Source: Stegostoma tigrinum
Taxonomy: Eukaryota
Assembly: GCF_030684315.1 (NCBI RefSeq)
Contig: NC_081379.1
Location: 9,136,294 to 9,200,293, forward strand
DNA: 64,000 nucleotides
Direction: 5' to 3'
Shown: one piece after another, positions 60,789 to 64,000 of the stretch
How positions within the stretch are numbered: position 1 is the stretch's first letter
How the letters are laid out: the number at the start of each line of letters is the position of its first letter
Made by a program: the position numbers and the translations under genes
Notes under the pieces: model-generated
Told to the model about the DNA's origin: nothing
Database searches by the model: none
The model's input: only the letters and a program-made list of their open reading frames with translations

Positions 60789-61725
60789 TGATAACAAAGT
60801 GTGGAGCTGGATGAACACAGCAGGCCAAGCAGCATCTCAGGAGCACAAAAGCTGACGTTTCGGGCCTAGACCCTTCATCAGAAATGGAGGAGGGGGGAGA
60901 GGGTTCTGAAATAAAGAGGGAGAGAAGGGGAGGCAGATTGAAGATGGATAGAGGAGAAGATGGGTGGAGAGGAGACAGACAAGTTAAAGAGGCAGGGATG
61001 GAGCCGGTAGAGGTGAGTGTAGGTGGGGAGGTAGGGAGGGGATAGGTCAGTCCAGGGAGGACAGACAGGTCAAGGGGACAGGATTAGGTTAGTGGGAAGG
61101 AAATGGGGGTGTGGCTTGAGGTGGGAGGAGAGGATAGGTGAGAGGAAGAACACATTAGCGAGGGGGGGAATGAGCTGGGCTGGTTTTGGGATGCAATGGG
61201 AGGAGGGGAGATTTTGAGCTTGTGAAATCCACATTGATACCATTGGGCCGCAGGGTTCCCAAGTGGAATATGAGTTGCCGTTCCTGCAACATTCGGGTGG
61301 CATCATTGTGGCACTGCAGGAGGCCCATGATGGACATGTCGTCTAAGGAATGGTAGGGGGAGTTGAAATGGTTTGTGACTGAAAGGTGCAGTTGTTTATT
61401 GTGACCGAGCGTCGGTGACTGCAAGGCGGTCCCCAAACCACTGCTTTGTTTCCCCGATGTAGAAGAGGCCACAACGGGAACAGCGGATGCAGTCTACCAC
61501 ATTGGCAGATGAGCAGGTGAACATCTGCTTAATGTGCAAAGTCTTCTTGGGGCCTGGGATGGGGGTGAGGGAGGAGGGGTGGGGGCAGGTGTAGTACTTC
61601 CTGCGGTTTCAGGGGAAAATGCCGAGTGTGGTGGGGTTGGAGGGGAGCGTGGAGGATAACAAAGTGTAGAGCTGGATAAACACAGCAGGCCAAGCAGCAT
61701 GTAGCATCTGCAGTTCCTATTATCT
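60789..61725 (-). mobile_element. 5'-truncated PLE family A with upstream partial pLTR and inverted tip
   Basis: Frameshifted GIY-YIG region and intact HHR at 60854-60881. Perfect TSD TTGGTTTTACAATG at 60775-60788 and 61726-61739. Confidence 0.93.
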
Positions 61726-62276
61726 TTGGTTTTACAATGCACTGCATTGGGTTGTGTGGTGTTAGATTCAGAAGACAGGATAATTTCATCAGAAAAACAC
61801 ATTCTCTCTGTTTGCTCGGTATTTTTTAGGCAAGACAAATGATGCCTGAAGCCTCCGGTTGTATTTTTTTTAGCAAGTGTCTCCTTTGCAGCTACTGATC
61901 TACTTCTCGATTTGCTTGTTATGCCTTTTTCTTTAAAGAAGTAGTCCACAGCATATTGCAAGATCAGCTTTATGTCAGGATGCCTTTGAAGAACAATCGC
62001 ACATTGAACACCCGACCGTTGTTGGCACCCAAACGCAGTGATCCATCAAGGCACTCACTGCTATTTCTTCCATTAGCTTCCACAAAGCTGAGGAGATTTT
62101 CGTGTGCAAGGTGAAATTGTTAAAAAAACCCTTTTCAGCAGAAAAACAATGAAGTTGCAATATGCTGTGCAGGTTTAGCTGTCAATCTGGAAATCTACAG
62201 AGATTATGTAGGCCTTCCTAATAATGCGGTGCATAAAACCAGATGTCCTGAGTGGTTTAGTTTGTTCAAATCAGGT

Positions 62277-62535
62277 GTCTGTCAGTGTGAAGTTTGCAAG
62301 TTCTCCCCGTGTCTGCGTGGATTTCCTCCCACTGTCCAAAGATGTGCAGGTTAGGGTGGATTGGCCATGCTCAATTGCCCCACAGTGTCCACATATGTGC
62401 CAACCATGTGGGTTAGCCATGGGAAATACAGGGTTATGGGGATAGTGTGCGGAGATTGAGCTGGGTGAGACGTCCTTCAAAGGGGTCAGTGTGACTCTAT
62501 GGGCCAAATGGCCTGCTTCCGCACTGTAGGAATTC
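62277..62535 (+). mobile_element. HE1-type V-SINE, 5'-truncated
   Basis: TTCTCCCCGTGTCTGCGTGG..TCCAAAGATGTGCAGGTTAGG. Confidence 0.85.
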
Positions 62536-63174
62536 TGTGATATTCTGAAGAAACTCAACAAGTCTGGCAGCACCAGTGAAGAATATGAGTCCTCTTCTGA
62601 AATAAAGAACTCTACTCTCAACAGGTAGCCCCAATGTGATGTGAAATGGAAATCAGAAGATACAGAAGCACTTATTTTTTTGAATACTTAAACATATTAG
62701 TCTTGGATGGGATGCTGATGTCACTGGCAAGGCCTGTATTTATTGTCCATTCTTAATTGCCCTGGAGAAGGGGTTAGTAACCCTGATCCATCAGCACTGA
62801 CCATTCAAACACCAGAAGCAGAGTCAATGGTTCAGTAATATTATTGCTGCGCTACTAGTCTAAAGACCCTGAAGTCCTGGGTTCAAACCCCACCATGATG
62901 GCGAAATTTGAATTCAATAACAATCTTGTTGCAGAAAACATATCTGGATCACTAATATCCTTTAGGGGAGAAATCTGCCATTCTTACCTGATCTGGCCTA
63001 TAGATTGTGCAATTAGAGATAGACGATGGATGCTGATCTAGCCAGCAACACTCTCATCTATGAATCAGTTGGAAAAATAAAACAGACATGAAAGAAATGC
63101 TCATCATGCTGACTGCCCATGAAAGAGTTTATCTTCAAATATATCTGTATAAACTTTAAAGAAAAGAACATAAA

Positions 63175-63300
63175 TAGGTCAACGGCCTGAAATACTAATC
63201 CTGCATTTCTCTCTCTCCGTGGATGTTGCCAGACCTGTTGGAGGTGTTTTTTGCAGCATCTTCTGTTTCTGTTTCAGATTTCCAGCATCCTCAATGTTTT
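63175..63300 (+). mobile_element. Degenerate PLE family B pLTR
   Basis: GGATGTTGCCAGACCTG..TTTCAGATTTCCAGCATCC. Confidence 0.65.
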
Positions 63301-64000
63301 GCTATGGATGTGTTTGTGTCCATCTCCAGGTGCACAGCTTGTATATGTGTAAAATCTCAACAACACATCACAGGATTTCCAGGGCTACAGACAAGGACTC
63401 AGTTGGAATATTCCCAGAGTTGCCACTTGCAAAAATGGGGTATTTAGATTGAATATTTGGATTATATTAAAACTTTGACTTCTTTTCTTTAAGACATGGC
63501 AAATACCAAACATTGCCAACCTGATGGTACTGATAGATCACTAGGACACTCCCTGACACATTTGTTTGAATGAAACACTGAAGATATCCTTATTGTTTGT
63601 TTTAGCAACAGTTTTAGTCGTTGTTTTGAGGTTTTCTGGTCATTGGCACCCAAATAGATAACTGTTGTCATCTAGTAAAGAGGAAGTTTGGAATTAACCT
63701 GTGTGAATTTTCTTAAACTGTTATACAGACAACTGAATATGCATGAATCTTCATTACCTGTACCATCCCTACTTCTAACATGATCAAGATTCAACTATAA
63801 TCAAGGCAGTTCTTTGTCAATATTCATCAGACTTCTCAAGCAAGATGAACAGTGTACCTACTGTGTGTTAGCAGCTCCCAGGTTCAACACCCACCTCAGG
63901 ACTTGATAGGCATGACAGGTCATCATAAAGTGGCCAGCAAGTTGATTATTGTCTGTAAATTCTTGCAACGTGTTTGTGGCAGACATTAAGAGTGGGAGAG

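Noticed and set aside
2100-61725. Recurring ORF peptides such as MLLGLLCSSSSTLCY and LLRCCLACCVHPA that look like signal peptides or a Cys-rich family
   Set aside because: They are translations of the PLE pLTR repeat, not genes.

Overview
Repeat-dense, gene-poor vertebrate DNA that looks like a shark genome. HE1/V-SINEs, CR1/HER1 LINEs, Deu-type SINEs and shark-type Penelope-like elements (PLEs) point to an elasmobranch, probably a carpet shark such as Stegostoma; that is inferred from remembered repeat families. I cannot support any intact cellular gene. Most ORFs in the track are transposon fragments or noise. Main signals: (1) At least five PLE families whose pseudo-LTRs (pLTRs) carry minimal hammerhead ribozyme (HHR) motifs. 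They include a young copy with an open RT-C-terminus/GIY-YIG frame (20041-21415) and several ORF-less fold-back pLTR insertions, each with its own 11-17 bp target-site duplication (TSD). (2) An intronless, frameshifted DDX1 fragment (58573-58935, minus strand). (3) A heavily decayed LRRNT-LRR-LRRCT gene relic (about 795-2540, plus strand). (4) A chain of unidentified minus-strand exon-like blocks, some with stops. (5) Solo LTRs, nested insertions, and a 282-nt assembly gap inside a CA repeat. Repeat boundaries were read by eye and are approximate unless a TSD or terminal motif is quoted. PLE family labels A-E are my own.
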